A stretch of DNA of 64,000 nt from Eledone cirrhosa (lineage: Eukaryota), in NCBI GenBank assembly GCA_964016885.1, contig OZ024750.1:43090001-43154000 (forward strand). Reading direction: 5' to 3'. A program made the position numbers and the translations under genes. Below, in pieces: positions 25,719 through 38,760 of this stretch. The first letter of the stretch is position 1. Each line of letters begins with the position of its first letter. Below the pieces are notes generated by a model. The model did not search any database and was not told where the DNA came from. It saw only the letters and a program-made list of their open reading frames with translations.

Positions 25719-25830
25719 GGAATTACCCCTTGAGAAGATCGGCTATTTAAATACCAGGATAAATTTTCATTTAGTCCAGAATTAGCCGTCGAAACGGCTT
25801 GAGCTCAGCTGTCGGGGTCTTACTGGTTCC
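25719..25830 (+). ncRNA. Type I HHR with U3-A8 core, long stem II and stable stem III; antisense copy at about 23679-23790
   Basis: ACCCC-UUGAGAA-GAUCGGCUAUU...AAUUAGCCGUC-GAAACGGCU UGAGCUC AGCUGUC^GGGGU; distal GGAAUU/GGUUCC pairing; predicted cut after 25813. Confidence 0.75.
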
Positions 25831-25909
25831 TATTACCCACTCTACTACCTCAAGTATTGAGTACTTTGGTGCGTTATGGTCCACCTGGTTCCTTACCACA
25901 TTTCCTTCG

Positions 25910-25983
<74 letters not shown>

Positions 25984-26030
25984 ATATATATGTATGTATA
26001 TATATATATATATATATGTATGTATATATG

Positions 26031-26129
<99 letters not shown>

Positions 26130-26136
26130 ATATGTA

Positions 26137-26241
<105 letters not shown>

Positions 26242-26301
26242 TATATATATATAGTTTAGAGGGGTCAAATACTCTTTATATATATATATATATATATATA
26301 T

Positions 26302-26648
26302 GATTCCAGTTCCTCAGAGGACTAAAAGCAGCACACCCAGCAGCTGGACATATCGATATATTGACAGAGTGAAACACACTTCAACAACATGTGTACCTGT
26401 CTTTTCCACACCAATTCGGACTGCCTGAAGAGGTCACAGAGCCAATAATAGCTGTCACCGAAATATATATACCAGTAAATTTATAATTTATAATAAACGA
26501 AGCCAAATTTTACATATTTGACTTACTTATTTTATTTTACATTACTCCATTACTCCGGAGTAAACAAACCAACCTGCGTACTTCGTCGAGTGCTCCAATC
26601 TGCATACTGAGGTGTCGGTAAACAACCAACATATACTCAATATCTCAA

Positions 26649-26650
<2 letters not shown>
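26302..26650 (+). mobile_element. HHR-containing PLE-type 3' fragment (HHR 26420-26476), same family as 36262-36740
   Basis: ACUGC-CUGAAGA-GGUCACAG...CUGUCACC-GAAAUAUAUAUA^CCAGU, followed by the bulged 3' hairpin and (TA)n. Confidence 0.75.
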
Positions 26651-27352
<702 letters not shown>

Positions 27353-27383
27353 GGCGTGTGGCTGAGTGGTTAGAGAATTGGAT

Positions 27384-27456
<73 letters not shown>

Positions 27457-27459
27457 GAA

Positions 27460-27676
27460 GGCGTGTGGCTGAGTGGTTAGAGAATTGGATTCGCAATCGT
27501 AAGGTTGTGAGTTCGATTCCTGGACCAGGTGATGCGTTATGTCCTTGAGCAAGACACTTTATTTCACGTTGCTCCTTCTGCCTGGAGTTGCGACCGATAG
27601 ATAGTATTAGCAATTGGAAAGACCAACGGAAACATTGTTCCCTCGGTCCGATTTGACGAAAGTCGATCGATCCTTT
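27460..27676 (+). mobile_element. tRNA-derived SINE family B (CORE-like TGTCCTTGAGCAAGACACTT body)
   Basis: A box TGGCTGAGTGG, B box GAGTTCGATTCC; near-identical copy at 60505-60714; head duplicated at 27350-27383; relatives at 28553-28845(-), 39930-40040(-), 45845-46017(-), 57058-57340(-), 60975-61190(+), 56126-56403(+, headless). Confidence 0.85.
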
Positions 27677-27681
27677 ATATG

Positions 27682-27764
<83 letters not shown>

Positions 27765-29599
27765 CGTATTACACCTGGTCGTGGTGTGCCTGATAACGTT
27801 GCTAGAACTCAATGTGACCCTGGAAGGATGGTGGCAGCGAGTTTCGGCAGTGTGACCAGTATTTCTTGTGTTGGTCCTGGCCTAAGATATCATCGAAGAA
27901 AATCAATCCGGGTTACAGAGTCATTTACATATATCTGTGTTTGAACAAGAAAAACAGAAGTCAGATGTAGTTAGAGAGTTAGTTCATTGGTTTACGATCG
28001 TTTCACAGGGTGGATTGAACGGTGGAGATCGATGTATTGACCAGCATGATAGTGGTTAGGTTACTACCTATTACTAGTTTCTAAGTTCCTATTCAATCGG
28101 CCGTCTGGTAGGGCGGTGTATTGACAGAATTGGTAGAATGTGGAACAACATGCTTTGCGGCATATCGTTACGGCCCTTTACGTTCTGAGTTCAAAACCCG
28201 ACGAGGTTAGCTTTGCCTTTGATCCTTAAGGAGTTGATATAATATAGTACCAGAAACGTACTAGGGTCGATTTAATTGACTTTTCCCTTCCCTTTAAACT
28301 GCTGCCCTTATGCTGAAAGTTGAAACAATGATTAAAAGCGGTCGAATAGCAGTAATCAGTAGTGCGTCGAACAAATTGCTTTGCAGTATTGTTTTACGAA
28401 ATTCATAGGTTATGAATTTAAATTCCGCCGAGCTCAACTTTGCCTTTCATCTTTCCGGGGTCAATAAAATAAAGTACCAGTTAAGTACTGAGGTTGATAT
28501 AATCGACTTTTCCCCTTCCACCCAAATAATTATTAGTTTCACATTTGTAGAAATCTAAAGTCTGGCTCAAGCCCGGAGGCTCACCAGGCCCGTGTTTATC
28601 TCGGCTCCACAAGTTTAACGACTAAGAATTAACCCCCCTCCCCCCACCCCTGGACATGACGCCAGTTCATTGCAGGGTTAAGCCCTCAACTATTACTGGT
28701 ACTCATTTTCAGCTGAGTATACTGGAGCAACGTGAAATGAAGGGTTTTGCTCAAGAACACACAACACAGAACCCAGTCCAGGAATCGAATCCACGACATT
28801 ATCACCGTAAGTCTGATACCGTTACCACTATATCACGTGTCTACACTTTTTAGAGACACAATAAAATGGTAACGGAACCTGTTTTATTGTTTGAAAATAT
28901 AGTTTAGAAGCAGAAGAGTGTTTAATGCGACGACCAAGCAAGTTAGTGACGTGCATCTCAGAGCAATATACTAGAGTTAGCGGCAGGTATATTTTCGTAT
29001 GAAAAGACATTAGGTCGTCTGTAATAAAATAAATTCACACGCTCTTACTAACCCCCCCTCATTCCTCCCCCGTTTCTCAGTCCCTCCCCTCCCTACCCCT
29101 TTCTCTATATGTCTTAATGTTATACACATATAACACTGAATTGGAAGCCATATCTTCGAATCTATTCTAATCTAATTTTTGAATAACATCTTTTTTCTTT
29201 GTGATACAGAGAAATACAATTGAATTAAGTGAACGAAATCTAATTTATCAGATTGTTTTTAACCATCGATGAGAACGCTGCCACAAAAATACTTATTTAT
29301 ATTTTCTAAATACTAGCGTAATAAATATGTTAGCCAAGAATATTTTTACGAGCGATACATATTTCCTTTGTTGTAAAGTCGTTAGGAGGCAGTTTTCTAT
29401 TTTTTTTTTTTTTAGCATTATATGTTTCTAACATAGGTTTAGCTGTAGAGAATTCATTCATTCATTGAGTCTACTTGAAGAAATTGTCGGGGCGCCGTCA
29501 TGACACACGGTGTGGTGTGTCTTGAGCATTTAAACCTAACCTGCTGGAGCCCACTTCCCTCCAGGTTTAACCACAGCCGATTTCTCCCAGATAGATAGA

Positions 29600-30135
29600 T
29601 ATATTTCTTTATTTGCCACAGGGACGTACAAAAATGGGACATAACAAGACGTGACGGCGTGGGTTTTACTTAAAATCTTTAACAATAAATATATACAAAA
29701 TAAAACAATCGAAATCTCCAATAGAGAGGAACGTTACTGCGGGGTTGTTTTACATCCCGTGGATAGAACAATCCTCAACACCAGGAACACGTTTTGTAGG
29801 TGTTCCCGTCTTCCCTCTGTTTGTCTTCCTCAACTTACAGGTTTATATACAGAGAAGGCCCATTCACTCGGGCCATTTTCGCCACATTCACCCACCTTTC
29901 AGCGAATCTACTTGGGTGTAGCACCTCTCTCTTCACTCTCACCTTTCTTCTGAAGTGGTACTTAAAGAAGGGGATGAGTTATTGTCCGGAGAGAAAAGTG
30001 TTTGCCCTCAGTCCTTTCAATCTCGTCCACCATAATACCTCTTTCGCCTTAGCCACCAGACAGAGGAAAACCACCTCTCCTTCATTCTTAAATGAAGGCG
30101 ACGGGGTGATCCCACGATGGACTCGGCTGATAGAT
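29600..30135 (-). mobile_element. 3' fragment of a non-LTR retrotransposon (Tx1/L1-like); second copy at 33490-33937
   Basis: Minus-strand FFKYHFRRKVRV...RFAERWVNVAKM matches NFFKFHLKRKISV...KFVERWVNVARM at 33800-33937; both end TGTGGC(C/A)AATAAAGAAA next to a microsatellite. Clade tentative. Confidence 0.6.
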
Positions 30136-30734
30136 AGATAGAAAGAATGTGAGAGAAAGGAGTAATTGACCTAAAAAAGATGAAAAACGAAAAACGAAGT
30201 TGACGTTGGCAGGATTTCAGCAGCCAGAGAGCCAGGACGAACACTGCTCGAACAACTTTGCCAAGTCACTGCCTGAATAGAAGATGGGGCGTGAGAAATT
30301 ATAATTAGAAGATTTGAAAGAAATTTAAGGTGAAACGATTCCAATTAATTTGGTCACGTGACGTGAAGCTGTTCGTTTCTCAGTTTTGCATTTCTCTACG
30401 ACAGTGTCTTTAATCACAGTCACAAGCGACTAAAACCTCCTCAATGACAGAAGAGTTGACAGAAACTTGGTAAGAGATCGACGGTTGGATTGGGCATGTT
30501 TAATACGGTAACCCAGTAAAACGTCCAGCTGGTCACGAAATACGTAACTTTGGCTGGTCACTTATAGCTAGCCGCTCTACTTTAAACTTCCTCTTAACTG
30601 ATAAAAGGTCAAGGGTTGTGTTCCATTCTGTTTTGTCTCTCAACCTATTCCACAGGCCACCACCATAAATGGAACTTAAGGGTCAGTCCGTCTCGTGATC
30701 CCAGCCAACCGAAGATATTGACCCGGAAAATGGT

Positions 30735-31050
30735 GAGGGAGACGTGTTGGAACAGCCACTCCACCTCGCGGGGATTGCACTTGCAGGTAGGGTAGACAAC
30801 TCCGATAACTGAATAACACATATTTAGTTATCTTTTAGTTACAGCCGACAGGATAGAGAAGATATTGACTCGGAGGACATGTGGGAACAGCCACTCCACC
30901 TTGTGGGTAGGGTAGACAACTCTGCTAACGGGAGACGTGTGGGAACAGCCACTCCACCTTGTGGGTAGGGTAGACAGCTCTGCTAACGGGAGACGTGTGG
31001 GAACAGCCACTCCACCTTGTGGGTAGGGTAGACAACTCTGCTAACTGAGT
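30735..31050. repeat. 58-bp tandem repeat, about 4 copies
   Basis: GGGAGACGTGTGGGAACAGCCACTCCACCTTGTGGGTAGGGTAGACAACTCTGCTAAC. Confidence 0.85.
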
Positions 31051-31209
31051 AACATACAGTTAGTTATCTATTAGTTACAGTAACTCGAAGTACTTTGATA
31101 AAGATTTACATGTAGTATTTAGAAACATAATCAGCCGCTCCCTTGTTGTTGAGTTGGTTGGTTACTAGTATTGCTGCTGCTACTGCTGCTACTACTACTA
31201 CTACTACTG

Positions 31210-31293
<84 letters not shown>

Positions 31294-31361
31294 AAAATGT
31301 GTCAACTATACAATATTGGCCTCTAACGACTTAGTATTAAGCTTAACACTTGTCAGCGGCT

Positions 31362-33411
31362 GAACTAATAGGGTGTGGTGGGTTAGGGCTAACTAATGGG
31401 GGTGTGGTGGGTTAGGGCTAACTAATGGGGGTGTGGTGGGTTAGGGCTAACTAATGGGGGTGTGGTGGGTTAGGGCTAACTAATGGGGGTGTGGTGGGTT
31501 AGGGCTAACTAATGGGGGTGTGGTGGGTTAGGGCTAACTAATGGGGGTGTGGTGGGTTAGGGCTAACTAATGGGGGTGTGGTGGGTTAGGGCTAACTAAT
31601 GGGGGTGTGGTGGGTTAGGGCTAACTAATGGGGGTGTGGTGGGTTAGGGCTAACTAATGGGGGTGTGGTGGGTTAGGGCTAACTAATGGGGGTGTGGTGG
31701 GTTAGGGCTAACTAATGGGGGTGTGGTGGGTTAGGGCTAACTAATGGGGGTGTGGTGGGTTAGGGCTAACTAATGGGGGTGTGGTGGGTTAGGGCTAACT
31801 AATGGGGGTGTGGTGGGTTAGGGCTAACTAATGGGGGTGTGGTGGGTTAGGGCTAACTAATGGGGGTGTGGTGGGTTAGGGCTAACTAATGGGGGTGTGG
31901 TGGGTTAGGGCTAACTAATGGGGGTGTGGTGGGTTAGGGCTAACTAATGGGGGTGTGGTGGGTTAGGGCTAACTAATGGGGGTGTGGTGGGTTAGGGCTA
32001 ACTAATGGGGGTGTGGTGGGTTAGGGCTAACTAATGGGGGTGTGGTGGGTTAGGGCTAACTAATGGGGGTGTGGTGGGTTAGGGCTAACTAATGGGGGTG
32101 TGGTGGGTTAGGGCTAACTAATGGGGGTGTGGTGGGTTAGGGCTAACTAATGGGGGTGTGGTGGGATAGGGCAAACTAATGGGGGTATGGTGGGTTAGGG
32201 CTAACTAATGGGGTGTGGTGGGTTAGGGCTAACTAATGGGGGTGTGGTGGGTTAGGGCTAACTAATGGGGGTGTGGTGGGTTAGGGCAAACTAATGGGGG
32301 TGTGGTAGGTTAGGGCTAACTAATGGGGGTGTGGTGGGATAGGGCAAACTAATGGGGGTGTGGTGGGTTAGGGCAAACTAATGGGGGTGTGGTGGGTTAG
32401 GGCTAACTAATGGGGTGTGGTGGGTTAGGGCTAACTAATGGGGGTGTGGTGGGTTAGGGCTAACTAATGGGGGTGTGGTGGGTTAGGGCAAACTAATGGG
32501 GTGTGGTGGGTTAGGGCTAACTAATGGGGTGTGGTGGGTTAGGGCTAACTAATGGGGGTGTGGTGGGTTAGGGCAAACTAATGTTGTGTGGTGGGTTAGG
32601 GCTAACTAATGGGGGTGAGGTGGGTTAGGGCTAACTAATGGGGGTGTGGTGGGTTAGGGCTAACTAATGGTGTGTGCTGGGTTAGGGCTAACTAATGGGG
32701 GTGTGGTGGGTTAGGGCTAACTAATGGGGGTGTGGTGGGTTAGGGCAAACTAATGGGGTGTGGTGGGTTAGGGCTAACTAATGGGGTGTGGTGGGTTAGG
32801 GCTAACTAATGGGGGTGTGGTGGGTTAGGGCAAACTAATGGGGGTGAGGTGGGTTAGGGCTAACTAATGGGGTGTGGTGGGTTAGGGCTAACTAAAGGGG
32901 GTGTGGTGGGTTAGGGCTAACTAATGGGGGTGTGATGGGTTAGGGCTAACTAATGGGGGTGTGGTGGGTTAGGGCTAACTAATGGGGGTGTGGTGGGTTA
33001 GGGCTAACTAATGGGGTGTGGTGGGTTAGGGCTAACTAATAGGGTGTGGTGGGTTAGGGCTAACTAATGGGGGTGTGGTGGGTTAGGGCTAATTAATGGG
33101 GGTGTGGTGGGTTAGGGCTAACTAATGGGGTGTGGTGGGTTAGGGCTAACTAATAGGGTGTGGTGGGTTAGGGCTAACTAATGGGGGTGTGGTGGGTTAG
33201 GGCTAATTAATGGGGGTGTGGTGGGTTAGGGCTAACTAATCGAGGTGTGTTGGGTTAGAGGTAACTAATCGAGGTGTGGTGGGTTAGGAATAACTAATGG
33301 GGTGTGGTGGGTTAGGAGGTAACTAATCAAGGTGTGGTGGGTTAGAGGTAACTAATCGAGGTGTGGTGGGTTAGGGGTAACTAATCGTTGTGTGGTGGGT
33401 TAGGGGAAACT
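31362..33411 (+). repeat. 29-bp G-rich minisatellite, about 70 copies, one TTAGGG per unit
   Basis: Unit AACTAATGGGGGTGTGGTGGGTTAGGGCT; homogeneous to about 32160, then increasingly variant. Confidence 0.95.
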
Positions 33412-34058
33412 AATAATAATGATAATAATAATAATAGTAGTTGTAGTAGTAGTAGTAGTAGTAGTAGTAGTAATAATAATAATAATAATGATTTCTTTAT
33501 TGGCCACAAGGGCTGACATCAAGAAAAACATTACAGACGGCACAGGTCGGTACAGGACGGTACGATGTGGGTTTTGTTCGTGTAAAGATTTTTATTATTT
33601 ATATAAGAAAAGAAAAAGAAAAAGATATAGAAACATATATATATATATATAAACAATAAAAATGAAAATTGAAACAATGAAAAATTCCCCAATAGGGGCT
33701 AAACCTCCGAGGGTTACTCGTGGCGAAAACCATACAAAAGACCACGGCCACCCTGACTACCAGGGCAAGCGCCCACTCTCAATTTTTCCATTTCTCAAAC
33801 TACAGCCGTATATTCAGAGCAGTCCCGTCCACTCGGACCATTCTCGCTACATTCACCCACCTTTCAACAAACTTGCTAGAAGGCAGCATTTGCCTTCCCA
33901 CGCTGATTTTCCTCTTCAAGTGAAACTTGAAAAAGTTAAATAATAATAATAATACAATGCACACTGTGAATTTATTTGCCCTAGGTGTCAGGAAGACACT
34001 CGGCATATATCTCAGAAACAATAATGAAAGAAAATAAAAATAATAATAATAATAATAA

Positions 34059-34855
34059 TTTAGAGATCCACAGACATGGAACTGGTTAAAAAGAGGAGAC
34101 CTTAAAAAAGCTACAGAAGGAATGCTAATGGTTGCGCAAGAGCAAGTCCTCAGAACGAAGTGGGTGAAACACCATATTGACAAGGAGGAGGCTAGCTCAC
34201 TGTGTAGGATCTCTGGAGAGAGAGAGAGAGGAGACTGCAGCTCACATTGTATCCGAGTGTAAACACCTAGCCCAGACTCACTATAAAGGCTGGAGACATG
34301 ATGTGATGTGCAGGGTGATTCACTGGCATCTATGCAAAGTAAATAATTTACCACATTCCGAGAAGTGGTATGAGCATAAGCCAGAGTCGGTGATAGAAAA
34401 CGATCAGGTGAAGGTGCTATGGGATTTTAGGATACAGACTGACAAGAAATTAGAACACAATAGGCTTGACTTGGTGGTTTTGGACAAGGAAAAAAGATCG
34501 TGCCTGATTGTAGATGTAGCCTGCCCATTTGACACGAGAGTGCAAGAAAAGGAGAGGGAGAAAATTAACCGATACCAGGATTTAAAGTGGGAGGTAAAAA
34601 GGATTTGCAACTGCCATGAAATCAAGGTCGTCCCGATTGTCATAGGCGCACTAGGTACTATCTCAAAGAGTTTCCAAGGATGGTTAAAGAAAATTTGTCA
34701 AGCCCCGCTTTTTGGAACACTTCAAAAGGCATGCTTGCTGGGAACAGCAAGAACCCTCCGATACGTTCTGAATATCTGAGGCTGCAGGTAGTGGCTTGAT
34801 ATTCATTTCAACAAACTTTCCAGTTAAATAACATCAATGACTGAGACACAAAGAA
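34059..34855 (+). pseudogene. 3' end of an R4/Dong-clade non-LTR retrotransposon (CCHC knuckle + restriction-like endonuclease) inserted in (TAA)n
   Basis: TWNWLKRGDLKKATEGMLMVAQEQVLRT...CRIS (frameshift in GA run) ETAAHIVSEC...RHD...VLWDFRIQTDKKLEHNRLDLVV...IVDVACPFD...K...Y.DL; (TAA)n upstream and (AAC)n(AAT)n downstream. Confidence 0.85.
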
Positions 34856-34859
34856 CAAT

Positions 34860-34898
<39 letters not shown>

Positions 34899-34962
34899 AA
34901 TAATAATAATAATTATAATACTGATAAAGCTAATAATAATAATAATAAGGATAATAATAAGT

Positions 34963-35001
<39 letters not shown>

Positions 35002-35886
35002 TTTTTTTTGTTAATATTAAAGAAAAGGAAGAAGATATAAAGAGGAGTGATATGATTTTAGATAGTTTAATTAATTCACTTGAAACACGTCATTATTTAC
35101 CCTTTGTACTGATTAATTTCGTCTAAGAGTGAGTCAAACCGATCTTTCCAATAATCTTTGATGCTTCTTACTAAAGAAAAGCCATAGATTTAGCTGGTGG
35201 CTGCTGGCAATAACGATTATCAAAAGCCTTCGTTTCCCCTCAATCAACAACTGTCTGAAAGTGAATATTAATCTTTTATTCTAAAACTACCGTCGGCTGA
35301 GCACGAAACCAGGGACAATCTATTGAATTATTCTGAGCAATCAGCCAGGTTTTCATATCATACAATAGGCTTCTTCTTCATTATACAAAAGAGCAAATTT
35401 GGAGAGGGTGGAGGGCTGGAGAGAAAGAATGCCTGTATTTGTGAGAGAATAAGATGTGTATGTATATATATATATATATATATACATGTATCTATGTATG
35501 CATATATGTGTGTGCTTGTGTGTGTTGTAAGTGATATAAGGTGTTACAGATATATAATATTTATGTGAGGGCAATGTATCCCAGCTGGTGTGTCACTCCA
35601 CCTGTTGTCAGGCCTCACCCTTGATTAGTACTTTTATTTAGCTCTACTGTATCATGTGACTCCATTGTATGTTGGTTTAGATCAGTTGTTGATTAAACTG
35701 ACCTCAGTACATGACTGGTATTTTATTTTGTTTATCTGGGAAGATGAAAGACAAAGTTCACCTCATCAGGGACTTGAACTGATAACATGATAACTAGGCA
35801 AGACACTACAAGGAATATTTTGTTCGACACTTTAATATTTCTGCCAATATACTGTTCTTTTGACATCCACCATAATATAATACTGT

Positions 35887-36006
<120 letters not shown>

Positions 36007-36186
36007 AGTGAAAATTTTAGTAAGTAAGTTAATTTTTAATTTTTTTAAAAATTTTCTTATTTTACGTCTTTCATATTTTTGTTCTGCATCCTCCTGCATT
36101 GAACCAACTAGGTACTATGACATAACTTATGTATTTGCTAGCATTAATGTACATCTGTACGCATATGTTGGTAGATATACTAATTC

Positions 36187-36261
<75 letters not shown>

Positions 36262-36265
<4 letters not shown>

Positions 36266-36733
36266 AGTATATGTTGATTGTATACCAACACTCCAGTATG
36301 CAGATTGGAGCACTCGACGAAGTGCGCAGGTTGGTTTGGTTACTCCGGAGTAATGTAAAATAAAATAAAATAAATAAGTCAAATGTTTAAAATTTGGCTT
36401 CGTTTATTACTGCTATATATATTTCGGTGACAGCCATCTTTGGCTGTGACCTCTTCAGGCAGTCCGAATTAGTGTGGTAGAGACGAGTACACATGTTGAG
36501 GTGTATAACTTTGTCAATACTCTGATATGCACAGTTCCTGTGAAATAACAACCCAACCAGGAACTGGGCATATCAGAGTATTGACAAAGTTATACACCTC
36601 AACAACATATGTACTCGTCTCTACCACACTAATTCGGACTGCCTGAAGAGGTCACAGCCAAAGATGGCTGTCACCGAAATATATATAGCAGTAATAAACG
36701 AAGCCAAATTTTAAACATTTGACTTATTTATTT

Positions 36734-36740
<7 letters not shown>
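36262..36740. mobile_element. Fold-back insert in (TA)n with HHRs at 36409-36463(-) and 36638-36692(+)
   Basis: ACUGC-CUGAAGA-GGUCACAGCCA AAGA UGGCUGUCACC-GAAAUAUAUAUA^GCAGU; arms about 36357-36532 / 36569-36740. Confidence 0.85.
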
Positions 36741-36769
<29 letters not shown>

Positions 36770-36770
<1 letters not shown>

Positions 36771-36970
36771 TAACGTCGATGAATTAGTTTTGCGAGGTTT
36801 TTGATATGTAATCGTGTGTCGAAACAAATATTGTTATACTTGGGGAGGGTCATATTTGTGTAATAATATTGCCAGAATTAATAAGCGAAAACCAACCAAA
36901 CAGTGAGTGTGTTCTGTTATTAATTCTGACAATATTACAATATTATTACACAAATATGACCCTCTCCAAG

Positions 36971-36972
<2 letters not shown>
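36770..36972. repeat. Fold-back fragment in (TA)n; same family at 44313-44492 and 37642-37830 (degenerate HHR 37768-37810, minus strand)
   Basis: Shared TTGTTATACTT(G)GGGAGGGTCAT end with an inverted ATGACCC..CCAA.TATA copy. Confidence 0.7.
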
Positions 36973-37014
<42 letters not shown>

Positions 37015-37203
37015 GGAACGAGTAGGACCCCGGCGGCTGAGCTCAAGCCGTTTCGACGGCTAATTGAGTCCAGAATTAGCCGTCGAAACGGCTTGAGTTC
37101 AGCCGTCGGAGTCCTACTCGTTCCTATTACCCACTCTACTACCCTAAGTATTGAGTACTTTGGTGCGTTATGGTCCACCTGGTTCCTTACCACATTTCCT
37201 CCG

Positions 37204-37302
<99 letters not shown>

Positions 37303-37504
37303 TGTGTGTCCCGGGTTCAATCGGGGGGTAAACACAGTAAGTAAGGTATTCAATACAAAACAGAGTATAAATATTTAATATAGAAATGGCTTCTATAAGA
37401 ATCCTCTTTCTTTAAATCCATCAGCCAATGACCTCCAACCATGCCAATCACCACCTTCTCCTACCAACAGAAAATGTATAAATACCATCATATTGCATCG
37501 ACAG

Positions 37505-37551
37505 TTGGCTGTCCTGATGATTTCCTTCGAATGAAACAGTTCTAGTTCTGA
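37505..37551 (+). ncRNA. HHR truncated just before the cleavage site
   Basis: UUGGCUGUC-CUGAUGA-UUUC CUUC GAAU-GAAACAG...CUG; the missing 3' part (CUGUA^GAAGCCA) is seen antisense at about 2548-2582. Confidence 0.55.
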
Positions 37552-37582
37552 AGCAGCGATTCTTTGCTTAAACTTTAATCTG

Positions 37583-37644
<62 letters not shown>

Positions 37645-38439
37645 TTGTTATACTTTGGGAGGGTCATCCAGCCAATAAAAACACACGCATCTGTTGTTTT
37701 CACTTAAATTCATTATAAATTTCCAGTTGATTAGTTTAATAACCGGATGGTTGTTTATTTGTTTATTGCCAAAGCTCTTTCGTCACACATTCTGTGACCT
37801 TCTCAGTGACTAATTTGTTATTCTATGTCTCTCCTTTGACAGCAGCAAGATGGTGTAAGACAGAACAAAAGAGATTCACAAAAGAACAAATTATTCGAAA
37901 AATAAAATACGTTCACCAATATTGCCGTTATTATTGACAACGCGGTTCAACAAATATTGAATAAGAGGTAAAGTGTTTATGAATATGTTATACAAGACAC
38001 TGACACAGGTGTTATAGCTACAATGTAGCATCTAAGGCTAACAAAAGACCAAGGAATATTTCACGAAGAAATATCTTAAAATGGCCGGAGAGGATTGTTA
38101 CAAACCTACCAAGCTCTAAAAATCCAAACGGAGAGTACCATGAAAAAAATGAGAAATGAGGCAAAATGGGAAAAAGGCAAAATGGGGGGGATTTTACGTA
38201 ATGAAAGCTATTCCTATTTTCACAAGAGATGGCATCTCTCACCCACCCTAATTTATGCGAGAGATCTCCCCGTCAGACTGGGAGAGTTGACAGGTTTGTT
38301 GTTAATTTGTCGCGATGGGTTGAGATGTTAAAACTACTACTTACTACTTTGACGCTAAACTCCGCCAATTGCAGACTACGCATCAACATGAGATATTTTC
38401 CTCCACAAAGTTCGATCACCAAGAGCAGAGTTTAAAGAG

Positions 38440-38760
38440 CAAAAATCAAATCCAGTCCATGAATTGACCTTGTCAAGTCATCGTTTTGGCTGCCGGCCTC
38501 TGCTTCTCTTACCAGCCAACCTTCCTTCCAGGCATAACCTACTCACACCACGAGTTGATCTTTTTATATGACCGTATAGTTTGAGTACTCTTGACTTGGC
38601 AATTGTTAAAACATGATGTTAATAGTTGCTGTAAAGGAAGTTACCTCTTTCCCTCTCAAAGCTTTAGGTTTCTTGAAGAAAGTATTGTTGTTGGTTATCT
38701 TAGAGGTGTTCCTGATCCAGGAGACAAACGAGTAAAGATATTCCATCCGTGACCTTTCCC
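38440..38760 (-). mobile_element. RTE-like LINE C-terminal fragment
   Basis: Minus strand IAKSRVLKLYGHIKRS...LCLEGRLAGKRSRGRQPKR*LD. Confidence 0.6.

Larger units (their letters stand above)
23677..25911 (+). mobile_element. 5'-truncated Penelope-like element with an inverted copy of its 3' end at the 5' side, inserted in (TA)n
   Basis: Arms 23677-24080 and 25430-25832 are near-perfect reverse complements; GIY-YIG frame lies between them; HHR in the arm. Confidence 0.9.

Noticed and set aside
27460-27535. tRNA gene
   Set aside because: A and B boxes are present, but the sequence runs into a multi-copy SINE body without a complete cloverleaf.
31362-33411. Telomere or interstitial telomeric array
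   Set aside because: Only one TTAGGG per 29-bp unit; not a (TTAGGG)n tract.
35755-35780. TCATCAG as an antisense HHR core
   Set aside because: It is a mutated part of a family A SINE; no GAAA partner or stems.
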